This document shows positions 39,129-53,235 of a DNA stretch of 64,000 nucleotides, piece by piece (position 1 is the first letter of the stretch; each line of letters begins with the position of its first letter). Under the pieces are notes generated by a model. The model was given only the letters and a program-made list of their open reading frames with translations, searched no databases and had not been told where the DNA came from. Source of the stretch: Octopus bimaculoides (taxonomy: Eukaryota); the NCBI RefSeq assembly GCF_001194135.2, contig NC_068982.1, positions 33,462,783 through 33,526,782 of the forward strand, read 5' to 3'. The position numbers were made by a program, and so were the translations under genes.

Positions 39129-39769
39129 TATATATATATATATATGCTATATGAGTTTGTATATGTATATATTTGTGTGGGTGTGTGTGTGTGTGTGTGT
39201 ATATACATGTATGAATATATACATACATATATAAACACACTAACACACACAGACAGAGGTAGACATTTGATATAGATGTGTGTGTCTGTTATATCTACCA
39301 TTTCAAGTTTGCACCGGAAAACAAAACTATATATCTATCACTTGGTGGTTGACTAGTTTACCGATTACGGCACAGTCAACAGGCAATCACTTTAGTTTGG
39401 TATAATAATTGGTAATGTGATCTCATAACATACAATGGATATCTGGTTCAAAACAGGTTCTGTTGTTCTTGTTCAGTTTCTAATTGGTGCTTACACAGAT
39501 TATAATGTTCAATATTGTCTGTTAACGATCTTAGCCTTTGATTTATGATGTACCGAGGCCAATTGTAAATACATACCCACTAACATATTAAAATTTAAAA
39601 AAGCTGTGTACAAATGTTTGGATGGATGGATGTATGTATATAAGTATGTGCACACCCATTTATAAGTCACTAGCATATAACAGGGACTGCTTATTCATTC
39701 TACTTCCCATCTCCATCTCACTCTAGCTCCCCTTCTACCAGCCTCAGTGGGAAATAAAGGATTTACTTG

Positions 39770-40200
39770 CTCCAGTCATTGGATTGCAGCCATGCTACAG
39801 CACCACCTTGAACGGTTTAGTTGAACAAATTAATTCCATCATCACCATCATCATTGTCGTTTAACGTCCGCTTTCCATGCTAGCATGAGTTGGACAATTT
39901 GACTGAGGACTGGTGAAACCAGATGGCTACACAAGGCTCCAATCTGATTTGGCAGAGTTTCTACAGCTGGATGCCCTTCCTAACGCCAACCACTCCGAGA
40001 GTGTAGAGTATTTACTTTTTTTTTTCATAAGCTGAGTGCTTATTCTATCAATTTCATTTTGTTGAACCACTAAGTTACAGGGAACAAACAAACCAACACC
40101 CTTTGTTACGCATTGGTGGAGCTGTAAAGCAGTGGTGGAGCAACAAACACAAAGACACACACACACACACGTCTGCACCTATAGTGCAGAAGCTTAACTC
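39770..40200 (-). mobile_element. SINE A tail interrupted by an RTE 3'UTR copy (39838-40010)
   Basis: ccagtcattggattgcagccatgc..| catcattgtcgtttaacgtccgctttccatgctagc...|..ccactaagttacagggaac. Confidence 0.75.
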
Positions 40201-40718
40201 TTAACCAGAAGCTTAATTTCTAATGAAGTACATTATTTTTGTTTTGATTAATCTAAAGAATAATGAAAAATTTATGAAAATAACTTTGTCATTAATAAGA
40301 TGGTGTTTGGAACATAAATTAACACAAAACTCTATTGGAAGGTTTTTAATCCAGATTACTTTAAAGCAGATATTTTTGTATCATAGGACCAGGGGCAGTT
40401 TCAGGCAAGCTGATATGAAAAGGGTTCAACAGACACACACAGTGATATATACCTCTGACTTATTGGGGGGGGGGGTGATCACTGTGGCCACACCAGCAAC
40501 ACTTAATAGATATCAATGTATATACAGCTTTTCTATGTTTCCAATGAATGCTGTTTCTCTGATTCCAATGAATGCTATTTCTATGTTTCTACTGAATGCT
40601 TCATTATAAATGAGAGTTTTTCTAACATTAAAAATTTGTCATAAATTAAATGATTATTGCAAAAATATTTTGATAAATAAATAACCCTGTTTCCATGCAT
40701 TTGACAAACCAGGCAATG

Positions 40719-40772
<54 letters not shown>

Positions 40773-43178
40773 CGAAATTACAGCTTTGTGTACCTCACAC
40801 TCATCACCACCTTCATTTACTCATAGCTCTCTTAATGCTTATTTCGTTTATGACGTCTTTTAGAGATAGGGTTTCGAGGTATAAGAGTTTTAAAAGATTG
40901 ATACAACCTAACATCGCAGTCACTGCAGACACAGTTGTAAGAACACACAGAAATGGTACAAACACTGCAAGCCATAATGCCTACCATGCACACAGTTATA
41001 TATATATATATTTATGCAGGGGGTGAGGGAAGTCTGTCTCTCTCTCTCTTTCACCCACACACACACAAAGGCATCATACAGAGTGGTCTTTTTTCAGCAC
41101 TACTGTTTGTCCTCATTTGCACCATTATCATAGCTACTCACAAAATAGTAGTTATAGATGTGAATCTGACCACATCTGTCACCTTTTTATTGTAGGTGAG
41201 GATTTAAGTGCCATATGGCACAAGAATTAACCATATTACACGTTACTTGGGTCTCCTGAATCAAATTTTTTCAGACATTTCAATGAAATTTGTGGGTCAG
41301 TTTGTGAAAATGATGAAAATCTGTATCTGTCTCCACAAAACTAAACATAAATGATGTGACAATATAACCTTTACATTCATGTGACAGTTGTGACTACCTT
41401 CGATTTGATGAGAAAATAATATGCAATGGATTCATTAACAATGAGAGAACAAGAGGTGAATTACCCAACAAAACTCTGAAATTATTGTTATCAGAACTCA
41501 GAATCCCTGTAGTGTCTATCTTCATGGTAACCAGATTTGGTTCACTGAACTGACACAAAGACGTCACAATAAAGATATAAGAGCAAACTCCTCAAAAAAG
41601 AGGGACATGAAATAAATGCAAACCCAGATCTCTCTTTAAAGAACATTTGAAAGCCCTACATGATATTGCAATAAAATCAAAAAATACAGCAGTTGAATAA
41701 CAAGCTTGTCCATTGGTACTTGAAATGAAAACCTCAAACCATAGAGGATAAATTACACCAAAAACTGGTATAAAGTTGATGATATTACACCTGAAGTTTA
41801 TCATATTACACCTCAATGTTTAACTTCTAGTAAACAAAGAGCATGACGACCCAATCGAGTACCTACAACACAAATGACAGAAACTGCAGCTGGTAACAAA
41901 GGGTATGCAAAATCAAAAGTGAAGACACTAGCTACATTGTTACAAAATGTGAAAGGATATCCTTTACATACTACCTTCCTAATGACATATGATATGTTAG
42001 CCAGAACAATTGGGTATAGGCTGAAGCAAAAAAAGGTACAAAACTGTAATTGTTTCGGTCACTGGACTACAGTCATACTGGGAGTGCCACCTTGATGGGT
42101 TTTGGTTGAACAAACCACTATAAATACTTTTTTTTTTTTTTTCAAAAGTCTGGTGCCTATTCTATCAGTCTTTTTAGCTTCAAATTTTATTTCACATCAT
42201 AAACAGTACAAATCTATGTATGGATTAAGAGAACTTTGGGTGGAATTGAAATTAATGACCAAGTTCTTCAGCTTAATTTCATTACATATAGGAAAGCAAA
42301 GTCAAAATTCAAACAATGTCAAATGTATTTCTTCATACCAACATATGGTGCTTATACAGGGAATTCGCAATGTAATATCAAATCAATAAGGTTAAATTAG
42401 TATATGATAGACACTAATAATTGAATGCTACTGTTTCGATAGTTCATTTCAATAGCAGTGTTGCAATGACTGCTCATTTCTCCACTGGAAAACTAGGTTA
42501 ACATCTTAGTTCTCGATTGATGCCAAGAGCACCATTGTTTGTTAAAGTGAAATAAATTAGGCTAGATGACAGCCAGTGACCTTAATATAATGCTTACCAG
42601 ATACGATGTTAATCTCTTCTCAATAACATCATGAACTTACCAATTTAAAGTGGATGTAAATTTAAAACCCATTCAGAATGAAGCAATTTAGAGAACCATA
42701 CAATCAACAGACACCAGTTATTTTAAGCAAAACAGTACAATTTTCGATGAATACTTTTGTGAGCAAAATAGCAAAAATTGTAACTAAAATTATCAAACAT
42801 GTGATTATAACTTCACAAAAACCACAAGAAAATTACAGATATTATATCAATTCTGAAGAGTTGATCTCCAACTGAGTGAACAACACATGAATGGAATCAG
42901 TATAATATAGACATAAACTAATGAAGCACTTTTGAAAGTAAGGTTCACAGTCTTACTGCAATCTTAAATAAGATAAAAAGCTACCTTAACTACAGTAACT
43001 ATGGATAACTATTTAATGAAATAACATGTGAAGAAAACTGATAACTATTTTGACTTATGTTTATGATTTATTGAAATAAGGGAACAGATAATTATGAAAG
43101 TGGTATTAAAGAAAAGGTTATTAACTAGTTTATAGTGAATTAAGTCATTCCAAAAGCAGGTTAATGTATTCATTTCAG

Positions 43179-43321
43179 AAGACATCGATCTGTTGGATAA
43201 TGAGACAAAAGCTACATCTAAACCCAAACAGCTTTATACTACTACTGCCATTTATCAGCCTGACCACAAGACAGCAACTGAAAAAGCTATAAATATTCAA
43301 CTAATGAATCGCTTAGCAAAG
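43179..43321 (+). CDS. Candidate coding exon (143 bp, phase 1 to phase 0)
   Basis: gtattcatttcag| acceptor, AAG|GTAATT donor; only one frame is open across it: (E)DIDLLDNETKATSKPKQLYTTTAIYQPDHKTATEKAINIQLMNRLAK, with stops just outside both ends. Confidence 0.35.
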
Positions 43322-44969
43322 GTAATTACATACTAATGAAGATACTTAAAAAAATTATTATAATTTGAACAGGTGAGTTTTCCAACTTGTCAGAGAAAAA
43401 TATGAATGAGGGGGAAAATGTTTTTATCTAGAAAGACCAAGAAGAAACATACTATAATATTATGTGGTACACTGTATTTTGGGGACACCACTGAACACCT
43501 CATATTAGTATAGTTTGTAAAGAATAAAGTACAAATCCGATCAGTCATCCAGGCTGGGAGTTGCACACTAAAATACATATATCTTGGTGCAAGTGAAGCA
43601 TAATTATTTCAATGAAGACAAACACAGGATCAAAAGCATGGCTTACCAAGAAGTTACCAAACTTCAAGGATACCACAGAAAATACATACAGAATAATAAT
43701 AAAACATGATAGTGCAATATGGTTACAATTTACATATTACTAAAAGTTAGACTGATCAATTCTATGATCATTTTTCAATGCTGACATGGAATGGACAGAT
43801 TATCACAGTCTAGATCAGTTCTTTTTCAGAGTAACTGACTTCTTAGACAGTTAGGAAGATAACATCCCACTTATATATCTACGTTTTGACTTGGTTTTTA
43901 AAATTGGATGTCTTTTCTAACAAACATCATTTTACAGGGTGTACTGGGTGCATTTAATCATAGCACCAGCACGAAAGAGGTTGTCTTACCCTTAGCAAGA
44001 CTAAAGAATCCTTTCTAAGTTACATTGTCTCAGCTTGATTAGTCAACCATTTAACAAGTGTACTGAGAGCATTTTATTATAGCACCATACTAGTGAGGTC
44101 AACTTGGAAACTACAACACAACAGAGCACCCACTAATCTAAGAGCAAGGCTAGAAGACCAGTGATGATATAAGCTAAGCTAAGATGTTCCAGCAAATTCA
44201 TGTATTTGCATGATTGCAAGATGTGTTTTATAGTTGCAATTATTTTTTCCACCAATCACTTTCTTATCACACTGTAAAGACAGAGCTGGATCATGTAGTG
44301 ACATAGATCTTGGTTAACAGCACAATGCAATGGCTCTTTGTACACTTAATGGCCAAGATCATAGAAATAAATCACAAGAGTCACTATACCAAAAGATAAA
44401 CAAAACAGAATGACAGAATTGTAAACTTATTACAATTAACTTATTACTTTTTACCAAATTTATAAATTTACTTCTGCTATTCAGTTGCAATCTTTGCTTA
44501 CTCTTTAAAACATACAGACACATATACACACATTCTAAAAGAGAGAAAAATAGTACAATTTACTTAGATGTATCTTTAGTAAGATCATTCCAAGATTAAA
44601 TTAAAATGTTATCTTAATTCTTCAAACACATAATAAAAAAAAAATAGAAATCTTAGGGCTTGAGTTTGCATCTGGCACATTAGGGGTAGTTTTAGCATGT
44701 TGCCCCAGTTTGGCACTACTAGCTGGTCATTGGCTCTTTTTAACAGAATTCACTGCTCAAAGCATTTGGCCAAACCGGCACCTACGTTTTCCCCCCCCCC
44801 CCTACAAATGCTCTGGCTGGGCATCAACTACATCAATCTTACCAGTTTAAAAAGGGCAGCACAGGATATCACACACACACACACACACATACACACACAC
44901 ACGTGTGTGAGAGAGGCAAAGAAGTAGATGTATATCTATATGTGTTTATACAAATGCTAAACATATGTA

Positions 44970-44973
44970 TGTA

Positions 44974-45022
<49 letters not shown>

Positions 45023-45215
45023 TGACAAACCGACAGATGTGTCTATGTGTGAATAAATATACATATACACACACATGTGTGTGTATTTACATAAACATGT
45101 GTCTATATGCATATATATATATATGTACACAGGCATATATATGTGTATATATATATATATATATATACATATATATACACACACACACACAGACACACAT
45201 ACATACACACACACA

Positions 45216-45253
<38 letters not shown>

Positions 45254-45304
45254 CACACACACACACATATATATATACACACATACACATACATATATAT
45301 ATAT

Positions 45305-45369
<65 letters not shown>

Positions 45370-45586
45370 CACACACATACATATATATATATACACACAC
45401 ACATACATATATATATANNNNNNNNNNNNNNNNNNNNNNNNNNNNNNNNNNNNNNNNNNNNNNNNNNNNNNNNNNNNNNNNNNNNNNNNNNNNNNNNNNN
45501 NNNNNNNNNNNNNNNNNNNTATATATACATATATATATATATATATATTAGATAGACAGACAGATAGATTGATAGATAGATATATT

Positions 45587-45626
<40 letters not shown>

Positions 45627-45630
45627 TCAA
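44970..45630. repeat. Large compound (GA)/(AT)/(AC) microsatellite block with a gap
   Basis: Visible directly. Confidence 0.95.
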
Positions 45631-46058
45631 AGAAAACAGAGACATTTAAAAACACACACGTCATTGTATGTGTGCAAAGCAAATGTATATTCATTTTCTA
45701 TGGTGGTTTCATATTCCTCTCTGACGCAAATACTTGCAGATACACACGCAAGCAGTACCCTAACACCTGTACATAAACATATGCACTTGTGTTCACATAT
45801 GTCACGAATACTTAATGAATTTTCAAATATACATATAGACAAGCATATAGATACATTATCAAAGAGTGATAGGATTGTATATACGTGTTTATGAAACACA
45901 CATAGGTATTAATATGCACGCATGCACACACATGTGCAAACATACCCACCCATGTATGCATGGACATAAACACACTTGAGCATGTGTGAATGCATATGTA
46001 CGCAACAATTTACACAAATTTATATTATATAAACTGTGTGTGTGTGTGTATGTGAGAA

Positions 46059-46133
<75 letters not shown>

Positions 46134-46154
46134 CTTTATAACAAGAATAGTATT

Positions 46155-46201
46155 GACAGTGACTTCGAAGTTTCAGCCTGCTTAATCTTCATCAGACTGT
46201 C
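46155..46201 (-). ncRNA. Minimal type-I hammerhead ribozyme (Penelope-like-element type)
   Basis: Minus strand: GACAGU-CUGAUGA-AGAUUAAGCAGGCU-GAAA-CUUCGAAGU-C-ACUGUC. Perfect 6-bp stem I, intact core, palindromic stem III ACUUCGAAGU, GUC cleavage triplet; stem II is weak (2 bp). Confidence 0.75.
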
Positions 46202-46241
46202 CGATGAAGACTAAGGAGGTCAAAACTTTGAAGTCCCAGTC
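46195..46241 (+). ncRNA. Decayed inverted hammerhead copy overlapping the minus-strand one
   Basis: GACUGU-CCGAUGA-AGACUAAGGAGGUC-AAAA-CUUUGAAGU-C-CCAGUC: core mutations U4C and G12A; 5 of 6 stem I pairs retained. Confidence 0.6.
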
Positions 46242-46660
46242 AATACTATTTTGCAAAGAATAATAAGTACACTACAAAAAGTACTGAGTAATCCCTACAG
46301 TCTAATGTATAATCATTTTTAGAACAAAAACATTGTATGTATGTATGTATGTATGTATGTATGTACATGACATGTATATCAGTATATTATTAGTGTATAT
46401 TATTAGTAACAAAAGAAAAGTTGAAAAACTACACATACCTGTCATATCGTAAAAATTGTCATATTAAAATATCCATTATTAATACATTGTAATGATATAC
46501 AGAGCCCTCTATTAAAACATGGTACAAATCCTTCATTTCATGGATTGAAATTTAAAATAAATGAGTGAATAAACAGACTTTATCTTTCACCACAACAAAA
46601 TCTCCTTTCCTTCTTTTCTACCTATCACATTCTCTTGTCTTTCACAGCATTCTCCTGTCC

Positions 46661-46691
<31 letters not shown>

Positions 46692-46912
46692 CCTGCCTCA
46701 TTTTCAATCTTTCACTGTCTTCCTCTCACTATCTGTCTGTCTGTCTCCCTCTCTGTCTGTCTTACCTTTAAATCTTTCTTTCTCCTCATCTACCTGCTGG
46801 CGCACCTATCTTGCTTTTATTTTCACCTTCTTTCTTTCTTTTCAATCTCTCCTTTTTTCACACCTACATCCACCTCTCATCTTTCTTTCTCCGTCTGTCC
46901 CGGTCTCTTTCT

Positions 46913-46985
<73 letters not shown>

Positions 46986-47076
46986 GCTTTCCACTTATTG
47001 CTTTTTATAATGAGAAAGAGTTTTGTTAGTGTTTGTATTAGTGTGAGTGCATGCATATGCGAACAATACAACCTGT

Positions 47077-47107
<31 letters not shown>

Positions 47108-47498
47108 TATGCGCTTGGAAAAGAAAGCCTTAAAGTCGAGACATTATAATGAAAGGCTTTGTAGTAAATATTCCCACTGATCCCCTCCACACACACACAC
47201 ACATTAGAAAATCAAAGACAACAAAACTCACTGGTAAACTAGAAACTACCTCAATCCAGCAGTAGTAAGTAAAAGCTGTGACAACGCCTCTGCCATTCCA
47301 TCTTACTACTTCCCTCTTGGGGAAGGGAAATATATAGATAGACAGGAGAATATTTAATAAACAGCAAAGTGTAGTGTACTTGTGGAATAGATACTATGTA
47401 CAAACAATTACAAAAGGGAAAAAAAATGATAAAAATAAACTAAAAACTAATTGTGTGCGTGTGTATATGTGCATATATATTTGAATATATGAGCACGC

Positions 47499-47536
<38 letters not shown>

Positions 47537-47804
47537 AATAAAATGAGATGACAAAGAAATAAACGATTATCTTATGAATCTCATTAACTTACAGCTGTTT
47601 CTGCTATAAGTCGAATTCAGTCGAATTCAAGGTACTGATGAAGCTAAAAAGGGTTACTCAGGAATATATATNNNNNNNNNNNNNNNNNNNNNNNNNNNNN
47701 NNNNNNNNNNNNNNNNNNNNNNNNNNNNNNNNNNNNNNNNNNNNNNNNNNNNNNNNNNNNNNNNNNNNNNNNNNNNNNNNNNNNNNNNNNNNNNNNNNNN
47801 NNNN

Positions 47805-48125
47805 CGTACAAGTATGTGCATACCTACATCTACCTGTATGTATAGGTGCATATCTGGGTACAGGACGTTGCAAACAAAAGGTAGACAAAAAAATAATAAT
47901 AACCAGAGTACAGAAAACACACAGGCCACATAGAGAACATTTTCCTTCATCAACTGCCACCATTCTAACACAGGCGTTTCGAAGAGTTAGGGCAGGACGC
48001 ATCGTTAAAATGGCTCTTCCCTCGGACCACAAACTAAATTTGTACCCACAAATTAAATTTGTACCATGGAGGAATGTAGTGGCGGACAGAAAACAAGACA
48101 GGAAAACAAACGGAAAAGGCTAAGA
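47805..48125. mobile_element. CpG-rich repeat fragment, possibly a Penelope-like pseudo-LTR
   Basis: Minus strand ccgagggaagag...ctcttcgaaacg resembles a PLE terminal motif; no in-window homologue. Confidence 0.3.
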
Positions 48126-48410
48126 TTGAAAAATTAGCAACACCACTTCAAACACAGTGATACTGGTTTTGCAACCATTTCACAATATCAAATCAAAGGG
48201 GGACACACACACACAATGGTTTGTGTCAGTTTCTCTCAACAGTGAAAGCCACTTACAAAGCTCTGGCCAATGCTGGGCTACAGCAAAATGACACAAGCCA
48301 ATGATGCAGTGAAGAGGAATTGAGCCACAATCCATACAGTTGGGAAGTAAACTTCTCAATCATACATCAATACCAGTGCCTTCTTCGCCATGCACCCAGT
48401 CGCACATACA

Positions 48411-48619
48411 CCGAAAAGTTCTTGGCTTTAAGGATATTGCGAAAGGCCTAGTTGGAAGCCCAATATTCCAAGTTCTTTTACAGATTTTAGAAAAACTGAA
48501 GGATTGCTGCATAAGTGTGTGAATTCAAGAGGAGAATATGTTCAATACAATCATAATTAACTGATCCTCCTGTATTTTCTTTTACCCAAAGCCAGAAACT
48601 TTTCAGCAGCCCTTTGTAT
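48411..48619 (+). mobile_element. Mariner-derived MITE (left TIR truncated)
   Basis: gaaaagttcttggcttt...aaagccagaaacttttcagcagccctttgta; same body as 57415 and 60060. Confidence 0.75.
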
Positions 48620-48654
48620 ATATGTACATGCGTGTATGTGTATTTGTGAATGTC

Positions 48655-48700
<46 letters not shown>

Positions 48701-48712
48701 AACTCCTATACA

Positions 48713-48769
<57 letters not shown>

Positions 48770-48843
48770 NNNNNNNNNNTATATATACACACACACATAC
48801 ACATTCACACACACACTCCTATACATGTGTGCATACATATGTA

Positions 48844-48888
<45 letters not shown>

Positions 48889-49019
48889 GTATTACAGGCA
48901 TATATTCATATTTCATACATGAATGCATGTATGTATGTATATATTCATATACGTATGCAGGCAGATAGACAGCGTAGTTCAAATAACAAACTTTACAACT
49001 AACATTACCAGCCACGCAA

Positions 49020-49058
<39 letters not shown>

Positions 49059-49474
49059 ATAACAACTATGATGTTACATCACACCAAACTTACTCCACCC
49101 AACATAGCTTAACTCTCCTGATACTCTCCTTTCCAGTTTAAAAACAAAGAGTGCAGAGAGAAAAGCCAATAATAACTACAACAATAACCACAACAACAAC
49201 AACAACAACAGTAATAAATAAACAAACAGACAAACAAGCAAACAAAAAAACTGAAACCAATTAACACAGGTAGGAATCATATAATTAATTACTGTTGCTT
49301 ATGAAGTGGGACAGAAGAGATAAGATTATATTACACACACACACACACATGCACGCGTGTGTGATGCTATTCTTTGTAGTATCACAGTGCCTTGCGGTTC
49401 AAAATGTAGACTGTTCAATTCATAGAACAAGGCCAATTCAAAGCCTTATTCTATTAATTGGAAATAGACACTCA

Positions 49475-49690
49475 TCACCATCATCATTTAATGACTTTGT
49501 TCCATGCGGTCATGGGTTGGATGGTCTGACAGGATGTGATAGGTCTACGGACCACATTGTGCTCCGGTGTCTATTATTGTATGGCTTCTATAGCTGGATC
49601 CCCTACCTAAATGCCAACCACTTAACAGAGTGTACCAGATGCTTTTTTTTTCATGCCACTGGCACTAGTGACATTGCCATGTAGCACACA
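49475..49690 (-). mobile_element. RTE 3'UTR copy
   Basis: catcatcatttaatg..ttccatgcggtcatgggttggatgg...ctatagctggatcccctacctaaatgccaaccac. Confidence 0.7.
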
Positions 49691-51009
49691 AGACTTTAAA
49701 AACAAACAAAAAATTGAGGGGGGGGGGAAGCAGCAATTACACAGGGTGTTCAGAGTACAGAGTATGGAAGGAGGAAAGGGCAAGTAGGTTTTCATAAAGG
49801 TACAGAGTATGGAGGAGGAAAGGGGAAGTAAGTTCTTGTAGAGGAGCCATATCTTATTTCTCAAATTTTCACTATCACACCAGTGGTATTCATCAAGAGA
49901 TGACGATGATGTTTAGCACCAGGCTAGTCCTGACTGAGCAGACTTATACTCAAAAAGTATTCTAGCTGTGACAATCCCACAAATGTTAGGAGAGAGCTGT
50001 CATCAAAGAAATGTAGTCGCAGAATAGAATCAAATGAAGGAACAAGAAAGCAAGAAAGAGAAATCTAAAGTGTGGCTGTGGCTGTGGGATAAGAAGTTTG
50101 CCTCCCGACCACAAGGTTCCAGGTTCAGTCCCGCTGACAGCAGCTGTCTGTATGTCTGAGAACCAACTTCCAACATAAATTGAAGTATGTTCATATTATC
50201 CTTCCCCTGTTTTTGAAGACAGTAAAATTGAGAAAGTGATTGTATAGTGACACTGAAATGGCAGCCTGAGGTGCAAAGAGCAACAGGGCACCCTAAAACT
50301 GCATGCCGAATGGTCATTGACAAGAAAAGGAAATGAGAGGGTAGAGAAGCTGGAATGAGACCAGAACAGTGGTAGAAAACAGAGCTAGTTGTGGCCTTAC
50401 GTGCCTCATGGCATGGAGAGAACTAAGGAAATGAGGGAAACTTGATTGATATTTCTAGCAGGTTAAGTGATCACACAGAAGCTCCCTTATTAGCTTATAG
50501 AAACTGAAGAATTTATTTGCTCAGGCAGTAAAATTTACAAGTAACAATGAACACAACAATATATTTCCCATCCAGCTGCATATCATGAACTACAGTATAT
50601 CTATTAGTTTGACTAATCCAATGAATGTTTTCAGTATGATCCAAGGTGAAACAAGTCATGAGAAGAAATCAGCAATAATGCGATATTATTGCAAACAAAT
50701 TATTTCTTTCTTCTCCAGCAGACCTCTCGTATTGTCACACATATGACATTTCCACTTTCTAAACAAATAATGTTACAACCTTCTTTCATACTAATGAGCT
50801 AGTTCTTTATCTCTATTTAATGATAAAGCTACGAAAACAAGCAATTATTGTTAAATGAGCAATTTCACACAATGGTCGTAACTAACCTAATGCATTTTCC
50901 TAACTCAATCTCAACTAAATATAGGAGAGATGGATAAGTTCAATCAAAGTGAAGATAATATCTTGCATTTTGGGATCCTATCTTTCACCTGAGAAAAGGT
51001 AGTATCTTT

Positions 51010-51370
51010 TATTTTTTACTAGTTCCAGTCATTGGACTTTGACAATGCTGAGGCACCTCCTTGAAGGGTTTTAGTTGGACAAATCAACCCCAGTGTTTAT
51101 TTTCCTAAGTCTGGAAATAATTCTATCAGTGCCTTTTGCTAAACAAACCAACAGCTGTTGTCAAGCAGTGGGTGAGGACAAATACAGATACAAATACACA
51201 CCCACACACACACACACATGACAAGCTTCTACACAGTTTCTATCTACTAAATTTACTCACAAGACATTGGTCAGCTTGGGGCTATAGTAGAAGATACTCG
51301 CCCAAGGGGCCACACAGTGAAGCTGAATCAGAAACCAAGTGGTTGCAAAGCAAGCTTCAAAAATCAGGTA
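51010..51370 (-). mobile_element. Diverged SINE A copy
   Basis: ttttactagttccagtcattggac...gttgtcaagcagtgg...gctatagtagaagatactcgcccaag. Confidence 0.75.
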
Positions 51371-51611
51371 AGACAGGAAAGAAGGCAGCACTCATGACCC
51401 TTATAAGGACTCTAAAACTGGTGTGAGTCATTAGACTGTGGCTATGCTGGAGCACTAGTATCCAACAAAGCTCTTTCTATTACTATTATTTAACAATAAT
51501 AATTACACACACACGCATGATGTATGTATACATGTCATCATCATCATCATCATCATCATCTAAAGTCAACTATTCCATACTTAGAAGGGTCAGATAGGAC
51601 TTGTTGAAGCA

Positions 51612-51654
<43 letters not shown>

Positions 51655-52052
51655 ATATAACTATATATATATATAACTATATATATATATAACTATATAT
51701 ATATATAACTATATATATATAACTCTCTCTTTCCTTTCCTGAGCGTCCAATAACACTATCCGTATCACNNNNNNNNNNNNNNNNNNNNNNNNNNNNNNNN
51801 NNNNNNNNNNNNNNNNNNNNNNNNNNNNNNNNNNNNNNNNNNNNNNNNNNNNNNNNNNNNNNNNNNNNNNNNNNNNNNNNNNNNNNNNNNNNNNNNNNNN
51901 NNNNNNNNNNNNNNNNNNNNNNNNNNNNNNNNNNNNNNNNNNNNNNNNNNNNNNNNNNNNNNNNNNNNNNNNNNNNNNNNNNNNNNNNNNNNNNNNNNNN
52001 NNNNNNNNNNNNNNNNNNNNNNNNNNNNGGGGGAGAGAGAGAGAGAGAGAGA

Positions 52053-52110
<58 letters not shown>

Positions 52111-53048
52111 AAAAATTGATGATGATTTGCTCTTCTAAACGACAGACAAATTTCCTGAATTTGTTATCCTCAACTATCAAAAGTTAAATAAGAAAAAAAT
52201 TTTCATAGAGCTATAAGAAAATAGAATCAGCTATTTAATTAGTTTCAGAGTTCCAATCAGTGCATAGATTGAAATAAATACCTGCTACCAACCAGATCTT
52301 AAAGAGGGGAGAGGGTAAATAAAAGTATGATTTATGTAGGGCCTCTGGTATGTTATGACCGCAGTGCAACTGGTCTTGTAATAGCACTTTCTTGTAAGAG
52401 TTTATTTGGTACAGACAGGCACTCAGGCTGGCAATCTGAGCCTGCGTATATGGTGGACACCTCACCTAACTCATTGTTTTACTCTTCCTCCACCACCAGC
52501 AACTCCTCTTTCTTCTTCTCTTCTCTTCTCACCTGAAATCACCCCACCATTCTGTCTATCATAAATTTAGTAAGACTATGAAAGGTAATTTATTATAGGC
52601 CATCAATAATAACAGACTTTCACCTGACAATTTCTGCCAAGCAAAAATGTTGTTAATATCTTAATGAAAGAGTATGTAATATTTGCGGTCTTCGTTGATA
52701 ATTTTGTTATGTTGTTGCTTGTTGTTTTTGATTTAGTTTATTTTGTTTGTTTATGCTTTTTAGCTCTGTTTTAAATAACCAACATTAGCTATATATAGGT
52801 ATATAAAATACTAAAATTAAACCTCAAAGCATCATAGAAATTCTAACTGAAAATCAAGGGGAAAGAAAATAAATAAAATGTAAATGTTATTTTTAAATAA
52901 ACCAAACCTCTATAGCAACCACATGCAGCTTAGTCTTGTATTTATATACTACATACATTTTATTTCTGTTTCAATCAAGCAACAGCCTATTGATCACTGC
53001 TGTAGCATAACAGCTGTTTCAGTAAAACCACCAGATCATACACATTCG

Positions 53049-53079
<31 letters not shown>

Positions 53080-53182
53080 TCATCATCATCGTTTAACGTC
53101 CGCTTTCCATGCTAGCATGGGTTGGACAATTTGACTGAGGACTGGTGAAACCGGGTGGCAACACCAGGCTCCAGTCTGATTT
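53080..53182 (-). mobile_element. Short RTE 3' tail copy between (TA)n runs
   Basis: catcatcgtttaacgtccgctttccatgctagcatgggttggac. Confidence 0.8.
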
Positions 53183-53235
53183 ATATATATATATATATAG
53201 ATATATATATATATATACACACATACACACACACA

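Noticed and set aside
39900-39930. CTGAGGA-CTGGT-GAAAC in RTE tail copies (also 53135, and 12165 on minus) as a hammerhead
   Set aside because: No stem II closure, no stem III with an NUH triplet and no stem I.
47593-47650. ctgatgaag as a hammerhead core, and a 51-bp minus-strand exon with good splice sites
   Set aside because: No GAAA or stems follow; the exon has stops in all three frames.
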